Source: Candidatus Nezhaarchaeales archaeon
Lineage (GTDB): Archaea; Thermoproteota; Methanomethylicia; Nezhaarchaeales; WYZ-LMO8
Assembly: GCA_038887515.1 (NCBI GenBank)
Contig: JAWAKK010000001.1
Span: 416,001 to 480,000, forward strand
Length of the DNA: 64,000 bases
Direction of reading: 5' to 3'
The translations under genes and the position numbers were made by a program. Under the pieces are notes generated by a model. That model did no database searches. It was not told where the DNA came from and saw only the letters and a program-made list of their open reading frames with translations. This document shows positions 10,712-20,395 of the stretch, piece after piece. The number at the start of each line of letters is the position of its first letter. The stretch's first letter is position 1.

Positions 10712-10826
10712 AAATATCGCCGAAGAGATTATTAAGCTAGAATTTTAGGTTTTCGAGCGAATTTTTAACTGTCAGCTCAGCCGTCTTGAAGTCGTTGTAC
10801 GAATAAGACCTCGATGTAACCGCTAT

Positions 10827-11870
10827 TTACATGGTCTTGATGTGCTTTATCGGTATCTTAACGTAAATTTCATCCCCAACGTTGACTGGCGAAGATAGAT
10901 ATTCTTCTTCGGTTTGAACGGATACTAGCCTTAATCTATCTATAGAGACGGCTATTTTATATAGCGAACCGTTTCTAATTACTTGTTCGACAACCCCTCT
11001 AAAAGTGTTAAACCTTGTTTTGGGGTTTAACGTTTTCATTAATGCTATTCTCTCTGGCGGTATCGCTATTTTAGTTATTACACCGTCGTCGTGTGGCGCT
11101 AAAAGTTTAATGCCTCCACATTTGACTTCAGCCAACCCTTCGTGGATCAGCTTAAAGCTTTCACAACTTAAAATGTTATAGCTTCCAAGAACCTCTCTAA
11201 CTATGGGATCTGTAGTGTTAAAGAAAACTTCATTGAAAGAGCCTACACAACGTATTTCGCCTTTGACTAAGACTGCCACCCTATCGGCCAGCTGTTCTGC
11301 TTCAATTATATCGTGAGTTACGAACATAGTCGTAAGTTTAAGCTTTTTCTGCAAAGCTTTTAGTTCCATTCTTAGGCTCCTCCTCAACGAAACATCGAGG
11401 TTATTGAAAGGTTCGTCCATGAGTAAGACCTTGGGTTCAAGCACTATAGCCCTAGCTATTGCAACCCTCTGCTGTTCGCCGCCGCTAAGCGTTAACGGAT
11501 ATCGGTTTGCTAAGTATTTTATGTTGAGTGCATCCATGACCCTTTCGACTCTCTCATCTATGGTCTTCTCGCTCACCTCTCTCATCCTTAAGCCGAATGC
11601 TATGTTGTCCTTTACTGTTAGATGATTAAAGAGAGCTAAGTCTTGAGGTACATAGCCTATACCTCTTTCATAAGGCTTTAAGTGGTCGATAGGCTCTCCA
11701 TCGAATAAAACCGAGCCGTTGTAATCCACTAGGCCGGCTACAACGTTTAGGAGGGTCGTCTTACCAGAACCCGACGGCCCAAGTATTACCATAAGCTCTC
11801 CATCTTCAACTTCTAGATCGACTTTTCTTAACACGAAGTTTGAGACATTTCTAATACTTATTCTGGGCAT
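10827..11870 (-). CDS. ABC transporter ATP-binding subunit with C-terminal TOBE-like domain
   Basis: GPSGSGKT, LSGGEQQR, LMDEP and VTHD motifs. Confidence 0.92.
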   Translation of the reverse strand: MPRISIRNVSNFVLRKVDLEVEDGELMVILGPSGSGKTTLLNVVAGLVDYNGSVLFDGEPIDHLKPYERGIGYVPQDLALFNHLTVKDNIAFGLRMREVSEKTIDERVERVMDALNIKYLANRYPLTLSGGEQQRVAIARAIVLEPKVLLMDEPFNNLDVSLRRSLRMELKALQKKLKLTTMFVTHDIIEAEQLADRVAVLVKGEIRCVGSFNEVFFNTTDPIVREVLGSYNILSCESFKLIHEGLAEVKCGGIKLLAPHDDGVITKIAIPPERIALMKTLNPKTRFNTFRGVVEQVIRNGSLYKIAVSIDRLRLVSVQTEEEYLSSPVNVGDEIYVKIPIKHIKTM

Positions 11871-12635
11871 TTACTTAACATACCCCCATTTCTTAAGCAT
11901 TTTAATTTCAATTTTTTCGATAATCAACTGAAATACGTAGTTCGTAATGGTTAGTATCAATATTATTGCCAGTATTATGTCCACCCTAAGCACTGACTGG
12001 GCCTCCATTGCTAGCGACCCTAAGCCTGGCGAGATGGCAGTCATCTCGACGACGAAGCAGGATCTCCACGCCATACCAGATTCAACTTTAAGTCCAGAAA
12101 AAATCGATGGAAGTACTTGAGGAAGTAGGACGTGAAGTATAGCCTTAAATCCCCTCGCACCCAAGGTCTGCGCTACTCTTATGACGTTCGGGCTTAAGCT
12201 TCTAACTCCAGTAAGGGTTACGTAGACCATTGGAGCGAAACTACACATGAAGATCACAGCTATAGGTAAACCCTCGTTTAACCCTATCCATATTATGAAT
12301 AGTGGGATCCAAGCGACAGCTGGTACAGTGTAGAGCAGAGTTACTATCGGGTATATAGCTCGATAGCTAAGCGTATGGTAAGCTACTACAAGACCTAAAA
12401 GTATTCCAAGGCTTGAGCCCAGACCTAAACCTATGAGGACTCTAGTAAGAGTCGCTACGTAGCTTAAGCCGAGCTTACCCGTAACGGCTAAGTTGAAGAG
12501 CGATTCCATAGTTTTACTAAAAGGTGGAAAAAGGTATGTTGGAAAAACTCCGGATCTAGCAACAATTTCCCAAATAACAAAGAGCAATATTAGCGATACC
12601 AGCTCAATTTTCAAGTATTTTTCGAGCGACTTCAT
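11871..12635 (-). CDS. ABC permease, SsuC/TauC/NitT type
   Basis: P.VAWIPL.I.W.G motif; EAA-like AQTLGA loop. Confidence 0.9.
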   Translation of the reverse strand: MKSLEKYLKIELVSLILLFVIWEIVARSGVFPTYLFPPFSKTMESLFNLAVTGKLGLSYVATLTRVLIGLGLGSSLGILLGLVVAYHTLSYRAIYPIVTLLYTVPAVAWIPLFIIWIGLNEGLPIAVIFMCSFAPMVYVTLTGVRSLSPNVIRVAQTLGARGFKAILHVLLPQVLPSIFSGLKVESGMAWRSCFVVEMTAISPGLGSLAMEAQSVLRVDIILAIILILTITNYVFQLIIEKIEIKMLKKWGYVK

Positions 12636-12645
12636 GGACCTAAGT

Positions 12646-13605
12646 CTACCTCCCCAATACGCTTGATAATATTGTAGTATTGATAAAGTCGCTAACGTTC
12701 ACGGGCTTTTCTATTACCCCGTATTTAACCATTAAGTCGATGTACCTCGTTACTTGATTAACATCTATTTCGTTACGGTAGTCGAGCCACCTCATGGAAT
12801 CAAGAGCCTCCTTGAAACTTATGTCAAGCTTATCGGCTACGATCCTCGCAGACTCCTCAAAGTGGTTGCGAATAAACTCCGTAGCCTTGACAGTAGCCTT
12901 CACTAGTCTCGCAGCCTTCTCAGGATCCTTCTCTAAAAAATCCTTCTTAACTACTAGGAAGCTTCCGGGCATTTCCGGCCATACGTCTTGGCTTCTTAAG
13001 AGGATCTTACACTCTCCGCGTCTAACAGCTAATGTAGCGTAGTGCTCTGGCAAGGCTGCGGCATCTATTTGTCCTGTTACCAAGGCATTTACGATTGCTG
13101 GAGGCTTCATCGGCTTAAGCGTAACGTTGAGCTTGTACTCATCCATGAGCATTCTTATCAAAAGGTAGTTGGGGCTACCGACGCCTGGATGCGCGATGAC
13201 CTTGCCGTTCAATTGATGTACGTCTTCTATATCTGACTTTACGACTAAAGCATAACCATGGAGGTGCGCTTGAGCTACTACTACTATGGGTACTCCAATA
13301 CTGTACGCTGACACTAGGGGTCCTAGGCAAGCCCATGCCACTTCTACGTCACCTTTAGTTAAGGCAGCAGCAAGCTCTACGCCCGTAACAAACGTTTGAA
13401 GGGACGTCACGTTCAAGCCTTCTTCCATAAAGATTCCCTTATCAAGAGCGACCCACGCGGCGGCTGAATGTGTGTTAAACTCGACGGCCATGGATATAGA
13501 CTCGACCTTCGTTTTAAAGGTCGGCAAAGTTATGAAAAGAACCAATGCCAACAGCGATATTAGCATGACGCCCGTTATAACGCTTACAACTCTGCTCGGT
13601 TTCAT
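12646..13605 (-). CDS. ABC substrate-binding protein, SsuA/TauA/NMT1 family
   Basis: N-terminal TM; VALDKGIF.EEGLNV, G.IDAA..PE and FLEKDPE motifs. Confidence 0.88.
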   Translation of the reverse strand: MKPSRVVSVITGVMLISLLALVLFITLPTFKTKVESISMAVEFNTHSAAAWVALDKGIFMEEGLNVTSLQTFVTGVELAAALTKGDVEVAWACLGPLVSAYSIGVPIVVVAQAHLHGYALVVKSDIEDVHQLNGKVIAHPGVGSPNYLLIRMLMDEYKLNVTLKPMKPPAIVNALVTGQIDAAALPEHYATLAVRRGECKILLRSQDVWPEMPGSFLVVKKDFLEKDPEKAARLVKATVKATEFIRNHFEESARIVADKLDISFKEALDSMRWLDYRNEIDVNQVTRYIDLMVKYGVIEKPVNVSDFINTTILSSVLGR

Positions 13606-13666
13606 TAATTACCACTAAGAAGAAAGAAGAAGTTAAATTACTTATAAGACGTGCTAGAAAAAAATT

Positions 13667-13684
13667 TTAACTTTTTAAAGTTAA
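13667..13684. promoter_or_regulatory. Palindrome TTAACTTT-tt-AAAGTTAA, possible operator in a divergent promoter region
   Basis: 8-bp inverted repeat with 2-nt spacer between the ABC operon and the DUF364 gene; AT-rich context lowers its significance. Confidence 0.3.
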
Positions 13685-13779
13685 CAAATGAATACATAAA
13701 CAAAACACTAAATTTACAAGAAGAATTTAATTATACTAGCCTGTTTTTGAACATTTAAATGCTTAAAACATGCACGTAA

Positions 13780-14529
13780 TTGGAGGATCTTCAGGTGATT
13801 ATTGAAGAACTTAAGCGAAGATGGTGGTCGAGGGTCTTAGCAAACAATCTCGAGAGAATTGAGGTAAAAGTTGAGGCAAGAGGGCTAAGTCCTGAAGAGG
13901 CAATTGGCAAGCCGCTTCGGATGGATTACCCGCTTTTTAAGGGGCGTGAAGTAATGATTCAGGCAGAGCTTTGTGGAGTGCCTGGACAGGCCTTTACGGA
14001 CGAGCCTTGCTACTATAGAGGAAGCATAAAGGATGTTCAGCAGATGGAGCTACGTTCCAACAAGGATAGAGCGCTTTTTGTAGCTACTGCGAATGCCACC
14101 TACAAGTACTTGGGGTTAATTTCGAATACCGTACACTGCAAAAACAATGGACCCGAGCTATGTGGCAAGAAAATTGCGGAGTTTCTCGCTTCTTTCTTAC
14201 CTGTGCGAACAAGAGTACTAATGATAGGCTTCCAACCTGCAATAGCACGCCATCTTTCAAGAATCTTCAAGGAGTTTCGAGTTACAGATATGGACCCTTC
14301 AAACATTGGACAGAAGAAGGAAGACGTATGTATTGAATCTTACGAAAATAATGCGGAGGCAATCGAATGGAGCGATGTGGTTTTAGCTACAGGTTCAACC
14401 ATAGTTAACGGCTCCATAGACGAGATAGTGAAGTTGTGTGAAGGCAAGAAATTAATGTTCTATGGAGTAACTATAGCGTCGGCTGCTTACGAATTCGGCT
14501 TCGAAAGGTTGTGCTTCATGTCAACCTAA
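13780..14529 (+). CDS. DUF364 (Rossmann-like, putative metal-chelation) family protein
   Basis: DYPL.KGRE, GQAFTD, T.HC....PE.C and TGSTIVNGSID motifs. Confidence 0.75.
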   Translation: MEDLQVIIEELKRRWWSRVLANNLERIEVKVEARGLSPEEAIGKPLRMDYPLFKGREVMIQAELCGVPGQAFTDEPCYYRGSIKDVQQMELRSNKDRALFVATANATYKYLGLISNTVHCKNNGPELCGKKIAEFLASFLPVRTRVLMIGFQPAIARHLSRIFKEFRVTDMDPSNIGQKKEDVCIESYENNAEAIEWSDVVLATGSTIVNGSIDEIVKLCEGKKLMFYGVTIASAAYEFGFERLCFMST

Positions 14530-14577
14530 GTCCCAGTACTAAGAGGTTTAATAAAACACACTATTGACGTTCCCTTT

Positions 14578-15066
14578 TCAACTAGATTCTCGGACTATAA
14601 TAGTTATGCTAGTAGGAGGTACTGTCCCAGTGCTATACATTAAAGTAACCTTTTCGCTTTGACTAGTATCGCCGGTCTCGTCTTGTATCTCTATATTCTC
14701 AATTCTACTTCCGTCAACTACCAAAGTTACTAAAGCCTTCTTTGAGCTACCATAGTTTTTGTTTGCATATTCTCCGATCACGATTTTAACGATAAAGTCA
14801 TTGACACTTACATCGTTGAGGCGGTATACAGAGCCATCATTAAGAATATAGGGAGCCATCTGCCCTGAACCTGCCTCATTGCCGGTGGCTGAAGTAACGT
14901 TAATCCAGTAAATCTTAGTATCAGTGGCATCTATTATCTTTACATAGGCAGTCTTCATGTACATGTTAATGTCTTGGTGCCAAGGAATGTTTGCACCTGC
15001 GATGAATGTACTGAAGGCAACTAAAATAAAGATTAACATTAGATATAAAATCCTTTTTCTCATCAA
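14578..15066 (-). CDS. Hypothetical secreted or membrane-anchored beta-rich protein
   Basis: Basic N-terminus followed by a hydrophobic signal-like stretch. Confidence 0.6.
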   Translation of the reverse strand: MMRKRILYLMLIFILVAFSTFIAGANIPWHQDINMYMKTAYVKIIDATDTKIYWINVTSATGNEAGSGQMAPYILNDGSVYRLNDVSVNDFIVKIVIGEYANKNYGSSKKALVTLVVDGSRIENIEIQDETGDTSQSEKVTLMYSTGTVPPTSITIIVRESS

Positions 15067-15468
15067 TATTTTACACCGAATGGTTCTAACATAGAATAAG
15101 CCGATAAGGGTTACGAAGATGGGCGACTATGAGCCTTCTTCGTACGAAGGTTAAATATAAGAGGTATAAACTTATTAAGAGTTGCCTCTTCAGCAATGTT
15201 TCATCGAAACCTTCGTAATTCGATTTAAAATCATAATTCTAAGCGAACGAACCTCTTTGTTCCAAGATTTATGCTAGGTCCTAACGCACTGTTTCAGGGC
15301 TTACCGTCGTTACATATCAATCCCACCTTTAATTGCATCATTTAGCACAACGCCAGGTAAGCGTAAAAAGGACGTACTTACGATCAATTTATGAGAAAAA
15401 CATAAATTCTCCTCTGTTTCAGCTAGAACGAACTTTGGCGCCATAAACAAAGGTGTAGGCGATGATCA

Positions 15469-16465
15469 ATGCTCGATTACAAATACTTCATTGGTCTAGG
15501 GACTCTAACGTTCTTAATAGTTTCTCTCTGTCTTCGAGGAAAGAGACCTAAAACTCCTATTTGGGGTATAATGGCTTTTGCATCTTTCATTACCGTGGTA
15601 TCAGGCCTTGAACCCATCGAAGCCGTCGGCTACAGCATAGACCTTAACGTAATATTATTCCTCATAGGCTTCTTTAGTATTGCTAGTTTAGCTGAGAGTT
15701 CCGGCCTTTTGACGGCAATTGCCTATTGGGTTCTATCGAAAGCTAAGAGCGTTTATGCTCTCATGTATATTTCAGCATTCTTATTCGGCATTCATGGTTA
15801 ACGATACCGTTGCCCTAGTAGGTCCTCCAATAGCTTATGTTATATCTAGAGTTGCCGGTGTGGATCCAAGGGTAGCGTTCCTATTATTGATGTTCTCCAT
15901 TACCGTAGGGTCAGTGATGACGCCCATAGGTAATCCTCAGAATATAGCTCATAGGGGCTTCATACCCTTAATAATAGCAACCGCCATGTATATAGTTACA
16001 TCAGAACCTAGAAAAGTACTTGCAGGTGTCGACTGGGGAACCATAATATTCTTTATAACTATGTTCGTCACTATGGACGGAATATGGAAGAGTGGTGTAT
16101 TGCAACCTCTGCTAAGCGCTATACACCCGTATAAGTTCGGTTGTTTATTGGACATAGCATCAATAACAGTCCTTTCAGTGATAGTCAGCCAAGCATTAAG
16201 CAATGTCCCCTTTACGAACATATACGTCGAATACATGAAAAGTCTCGGTTATACGGGGCTCGAAGTGAATTCTTGGCTTACACTAGCTTTTGTCTCTACA
16301 ATAGCAGGGAATTTAACTCTCTTAGGGGCTGCGTCAAACATAATAGTAGTCGAGATGATGGAATCCAAGTACGGCTCAACTGTAACATTCAAGGAGTTCT
16401 TTAAAGTCGGTGTTGTAGTGACTAGCGCCAATATAGCTATCTACCTGGCCTTCCTATTAATTTAA
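15469..16465 (+). pseudogene. ArsB/NhaD/SLC13-type ion transporter pseudogene
   Basis: Two overlapping ORFs joined by a frameshift at ~15790 (FGI/..MVNDT); apparent internal deletion after TPIGNPQN (~15945); DWGTI, LSNVP and AGNLTLLGAASN motifs. Confidence 0.75.
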
Positions 16466-16524
16466 GAGCGGTGGGCTTTGCTGGCATGAACATTAATTAT
16501 TAAGATGGGCTACATCTTCAAAAC

Positions 16525-17110
16525 CTAGCGTTTAAGGCTAGCCAACTCTTTATGAATCGAGAGGGGTATTATGGAACTTACCACTATTAGAATGCCGGCT
16601 ACCGTAAACACGGTCTCAAACCCATACTTTTCAGTCAGAGTTCCACCGACGGCGGCGGTCAATGCTTGACCTAAACTCGTTGACACAGCGACCATCCCCC
16701 ATTCGAGGGATTCCCGGCCCTTATCTATGTAACGAGTAAAGAAGGCTCATGAATGGAGAGTAGCGTAGACCTATTCCTATACCATTTAACGTTTGGAGGA
16801 GGTAAACGTGCCATGGTAGCTTAGCTACGACGTATAAGAGGTATGAAAAGCCCGCTAGTACTGTGCCAAAGACTGAGAGGAGTATCTTCCCTCTCTCACT
16901 TAACTTTTTGTCGACTACGTAAGCCGAAGATAGCCTTGCCACTGAAAATGAGGCCATATAAGCTGTCGACGCAAGACCTGCAACGAACGGTGTTCCCCCT
17001 ACAATTCTGTTGGTAATAAAGATCGCGAATATTGGAGTTACCAGGCCCATACCAGTTAGAACTACGAAGTCGAATGATATTAAACTCCTTATAACTTTAT
17101 TAACTTTCAT
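16525..17110 (-). pseudogene. Half-size (6-TM) MFS protein with a frameshift
   Basis: After FMSL (~16740) another frame continues FTRYIDKGRESLEWG...GGTLTEKYGFETVF...LKR* to the stop at 16525. Confidence 0.7.
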
Positions 17111-17354
17111 CGACCTTACACCCCAATTATCTTTATATTAAAATATCATCGATACATCTACTGACTTCTTCGTGCAGTCCTAAAATTGATTAACAGACTT
17201 ATAAGCTTCTAATTTGAAGAGACCACAGTTTAACCCTTCGCCGTAAACTGTCATTGAAAAGATAGAGCATCACGTGTTTCCTAATCGTAAATTCATGGAT
17301 TTACAATAACGTTAAGCTAAACAAATATCCACAGTTATGCCTTTTCATAACCCT

Positions 17355-17963
17355 TTAAGCATCTAATATTGTTAGGACGTCTTTCATCGGTTTTCGGATC
17401 GGCATTTCAGGTTTTTCAGCCGGATATCCTACTTCTACTATTGCTTGAGGTTCATAGTCCTCTGGTAAATTAAGTATCCTCTTCACCTCCTCTTGTGCGA
17501 AGAGGGGGGCGCACCTCCAACACCCAGCTAATCCTAAGGCATGTAGTGCTAACAAGAAGTTCTGTATCGCTGCTGCTACACTCTGAATTCCCATTATCCA
17601 CTCAGCTCTCGACCTCTCTTCATCGGAGTAGTTTTCGAGGTCCCTCTTAGCTAAGCAGAACATCACTAGCAATGGAGCGTTCATGAACCTTTCACTTGAA
17701 CTTGAAATTATGAGCTCGGCCTCACTTCGAGGAACCCTGTCTCTCAGCAAGTCAGCCATAAACTTCTTGGACATAGCTTCAACAAGCATTTTTCTCACAC
17801 TCCCTCTACCAATAACTACGAACCTCCAAGGCTGAGAGTTGTGGGCAGATGGAGCCCAAGTAGCAGCTTCGAGCGCCTTAAGTACAAGGTTTAGTGGGAC
17901 CTTACGATCTTCAAATTCTCTCACAGTCCTCCTAGCTCTCAACAATTCAAGCAAGTCAACCAA
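17355..17963 (-). CDS. Nitroreductase-fold FMN protein, FbiB C-terminal-domain-like
   Basis: RRTVR, APSAHNSQPWRF, AAIQNFLLALHA.GL.GCW..APLF and GYP motifs. Confidence 0.8.
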   Translation of the reverse strand: MVDLLELLRARRTVREFEDRKVPLNLVLKALEAATWAPSAHNSQPWRFVVIGRGSVRKMLVEAMSKKFMADLLRDRVPRSEAELIISSSSERFMNAPLLVMFCLAKRDLENYSDEERSRAEWIMGIQSVAAAIQNFLLALHALGLAGCWRCAPLFAQEEVKRILNLPEDYEPQAIVEVGYPAEKPEMPIRKPMKDVLTILDA

Positions 17964-18067
17964 AGCTCGTCACCAAGAAACGGTTATTTCTCGTCAAACT
18001 GCCCTTTCCCTTAAATCACAATTTTAGAAACTACCATTTTAAATGCTTACAAAAAGTTCTTAGGTTT

Positions 18068-19462
18068 TCAACTCTCAACCCTCTTAACCCTTATTACTTG
18101 TTCGCTCTCCCTAAGCCCGTACGTCAATACTACAAGATCTCCCAACTTAATTTCATTCAATCGTCTAAGAAGCTGAAAAGTTTCTTCAAGCCCTTCATCA
18201 TAACTCGACGCCTTGACCAAGTAACCCTTTATGCCCCAAAGTACGTTTAATTGCTTTAAGACCTTAGAGTCTGGCGTTCCAACATAGAAGTCTACAGCTG
18301 GTCTTAGCAACGAAGTAAGCCTTGCAGTATTGCCATGAACACTATATATTATCAGCTTAGCATTAAGGTGCTCAGCAAGAGAAATTACTCCTTTAGTGAA
18401 ACTTGCCCATAGGCTCTTAGCTACTCGTTGTCTAGATACCACAAAGCTTTCTTCAGCGGCCTTAATTATCTTTTTGAGCCACTTTACTGCCTCAACTGGG
18501 TATTTGCCCACAGCAGTCTCTCCAGTTAACATTAGGGCATCAACTCCTTCAGCCACAGCTGTGTTTACGTCTACGACTTCAGCTCTAGTTGGTACTGGGT
18601 TCTCCATCATGGATTCTAAGAGTTGGGTCGCTATTATCATAGGCTTTTCTTTTTCCATTACCTTGTTAATTATGGCGTTCTGAAGGTGAGGAATTTTCTC
18701 CAATCCCATAACCATTCCCAAGTCTCCTCGAGCAACTAATACTGCATCAGAGACCTCAATTACTTCGTCGAGATTGTCTACAGCCGCTTTGGTCTCTATT
18801 TTAGCTATTATCTTAATTTCTTCGTGGCCCCACTTTTTCAATAAACTCCGCAGGGACTCTATGTCGGCTGCAGTTCTCACACAACTTAAACCGATATAGT
18901 CTACGTTATGTTCTAAAGCGAACTTCAAGTCCTCCAAATCTTTATTTGTCAATGGAGGTAGGTCGAAGTCCTTGTTAGGAATTGTTAAAGCCTTCCTTGA
19001 CTTAATAGTAGCATCGGTAAGGGCCATCAGTTCTATGTAGTTAGGGGTTACATCAATTACTTCCAATTTAGCCCTGCCGTCATCCATGACCATTACGTCC
19101 CCGACTTCCAAGTTTTCGTAAACCTCCTTGATTGGTAATGGTAGTTCGAGATTATCAGGCAAGCACTTATCGCTAAGGATCAACCTAGCTCTATCACCCC
19201 TCCTAAGCTTGACGACCCCATTAATGTCTCCAAGCCTAACTGATGGACCTTGTAGGTCTCCTATGAAAGTCAAAGGCCTTTTTAAGAGCTCCTCCACTTT
19301 TGCTAGGTCATCTAGTATTGGCGACCAAAAATCATGGTCACCATGAGCAAAATTAACTCTGAAACCAGAGGCTCCTGCCTCAGCAAGTTCAAGTATCGTT
19401 TTGAACTCGCTCGATGATGGTCCTAAAGAGACTATAATCTTAGTCTTGTTTTCTCTCGACAC
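18068..19462 (-). CDS. pyk: Pyruvate kinase
   Basis: TKIIVSLGP, DLQGP, IAKIET, VARGDLG, ATQLLESM, PTRAE and ETAVGKYP motifs. Confidence 0.96.
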   Translation of the reverse strand: MSRENKTKIIVSLGPSSSEFKTILELAEAGASGFRVNFAHGDHDFWSPILDDLAKVEELLKRPLTFIGDLQGPSVRLGDINGVVKLRRGDRARLILSDKCLPDNLELPLPIKEVYENLEVGDVMVMDDGRAKLEVIDVTPNYIELMALTDATIKSRKALTIPNKDFDLPPLTNKDLEDLKFALEHNVDYIGLSCVRTAADIESLRSLLKKWGHEEIKIIAKIETKAAVDNLDEVIEVSDAVLVARGDLGMVMGLEKIPHLQNAIINKVMEKEKPMIIATQLLESMMENPVPTRAEVVDVNTAVAEGVDALMLTGETAVGKYPVEAVKWLKKIIKAAEESFVVSRQRVAKSLWASFTKGVISLAEHLNAKLIIYSVHGNTARLTSLLRPAVDFYVGTPDSKVLKQLNVLWGIKGYLVKASSYDEGLEETFQLLRRLNEIKLGDLVVLTYGLRESEQVIRVKRVES

Positions 19463-19592
19463 GTTTCATCCTTGTTTTCTGGGGTTGCTCTACTATAAAT
19501 TAGTTATAGGTTGTTGGTTTTTTCTTTATGTGATCCATAGAAGCTTAAGGCTCCACAGCCTCCTACAACAAGAAAGGCTTGTAGTGATGCTT

Positions 19593-19606
19593 AGAAAGGT
19601 TTATTT
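19593..19606 (+). promoter_or_regulatory. BRE/TATA promoter for the structured leader-yhhQ-queC transcript
   Basis: AGAAAGG-TTTATTT about 25 nt upstream of the GGGG at 19629 that begins the hairpin array. Confidence 0.55.
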
Positions 19607-19628
19607 TCAGGCCTTAAAGGACCTTCAA

Positions 19629-19741
19629 GGGGTATAGACCCCCGGCGGGTTGAGCTCCGCCGTTACTCTAAATGCGGCGAAGCCCCAATGAGGGCTAGCT
19701 AAGGGAGAAATCAACCTCTCCCACTGAGAGGTGGGAGGTTG
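19629..19741 (+). ncRNA. Structured 5' leader, candidate preQ0/7-deazaguanine riboswitch
   Basis: Four consecutive hairpins, loop-loop complementarity GGUUGA/UCAACC and an alternative SD+start sequestering stem (see findings). Confidence 0.6.
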
Positions 19742-20395
19742 CCTGGTGAGGGTACTCGAATAATATTAACGTCAACATTTACCGCGGCTCTAGTAGTAGC
19801 CAACATAGCGGCCTCGAAGATTGTACAGTTTTGGTGGCTGACGTTTCCAGCCGGTACTTTAGCCTATTGTATCACTTTCCTCTGTACAGATTTGTACACA
19901 GAATTTTTTGGCAAACGCGAAACTCAGTTTGTTGTTCTTGCAGGCTTTGTAGCGAACATCCTCATGACGGTCTTGATCCAAGCATCTATAATCGCTCCAA
20001 TCGCTCAGTTCCAAGAAAGTTACCAAGAAATATACGGAAGAGTTCTAGGCTCTACATGGCGCATCGTGCTTGCAAGCATGGTAGCCTACATAATCTCGCA
20101 GAGCCACGACGTCTGGGCGTTCCACTTTTGGGGTAAGCTAACTAAAGGAAAGCATCTGTGGATACGTAACAATGCTTCAACAATGGTTAGCCAAGCTATG
20201 GATACTTTGATATTCACGTTCATAGCGTTCTGGGGGGTCATTGATATAGCTAGCCTGTTTAGCATGGCATTCACGCTCTACATTGTCAAATGGGTTGTAG
20301 CAGTTCTGGATACACCCTTCTGTTATCTAGGCGTTTACTTGATCCGTAGGTTGACGGGTATGAAGCCCATATGGTTTAGAGGGGAGACGGTTTGA
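19739..20395 (+). CDS. yhhQ: Queuosine/archaeosine precursor (preQ0/preQ1) transporter, YhhQ/DUF165/VUT family
   Basis: ANI.A.K, FL.TD..TE.FG, R...AS..AY..SQ..DV..F and LW.RNN.ST..SQ..DT..F..IAF motifs. Confidence 0.9.
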   Translation: MPGEGTRIILTSTFTAALVVANIAASKIVQFWWLTFPAGTLAYCITFLCTDLYTEFFGKRETQFVVLAGFVANILMTVLIQASIIAPIAQFQESYQEIYGRVLGSTWRIVLASMVAYIISQSHDVWAFHFWGKLTKGKHLWIRNNASTMVSQAMDTLIFTFIAFWGVIDIASLFSMAFTLYIVKWVVAVLDTPFCYLGVYLIRRLTGMKPIWFRGETV

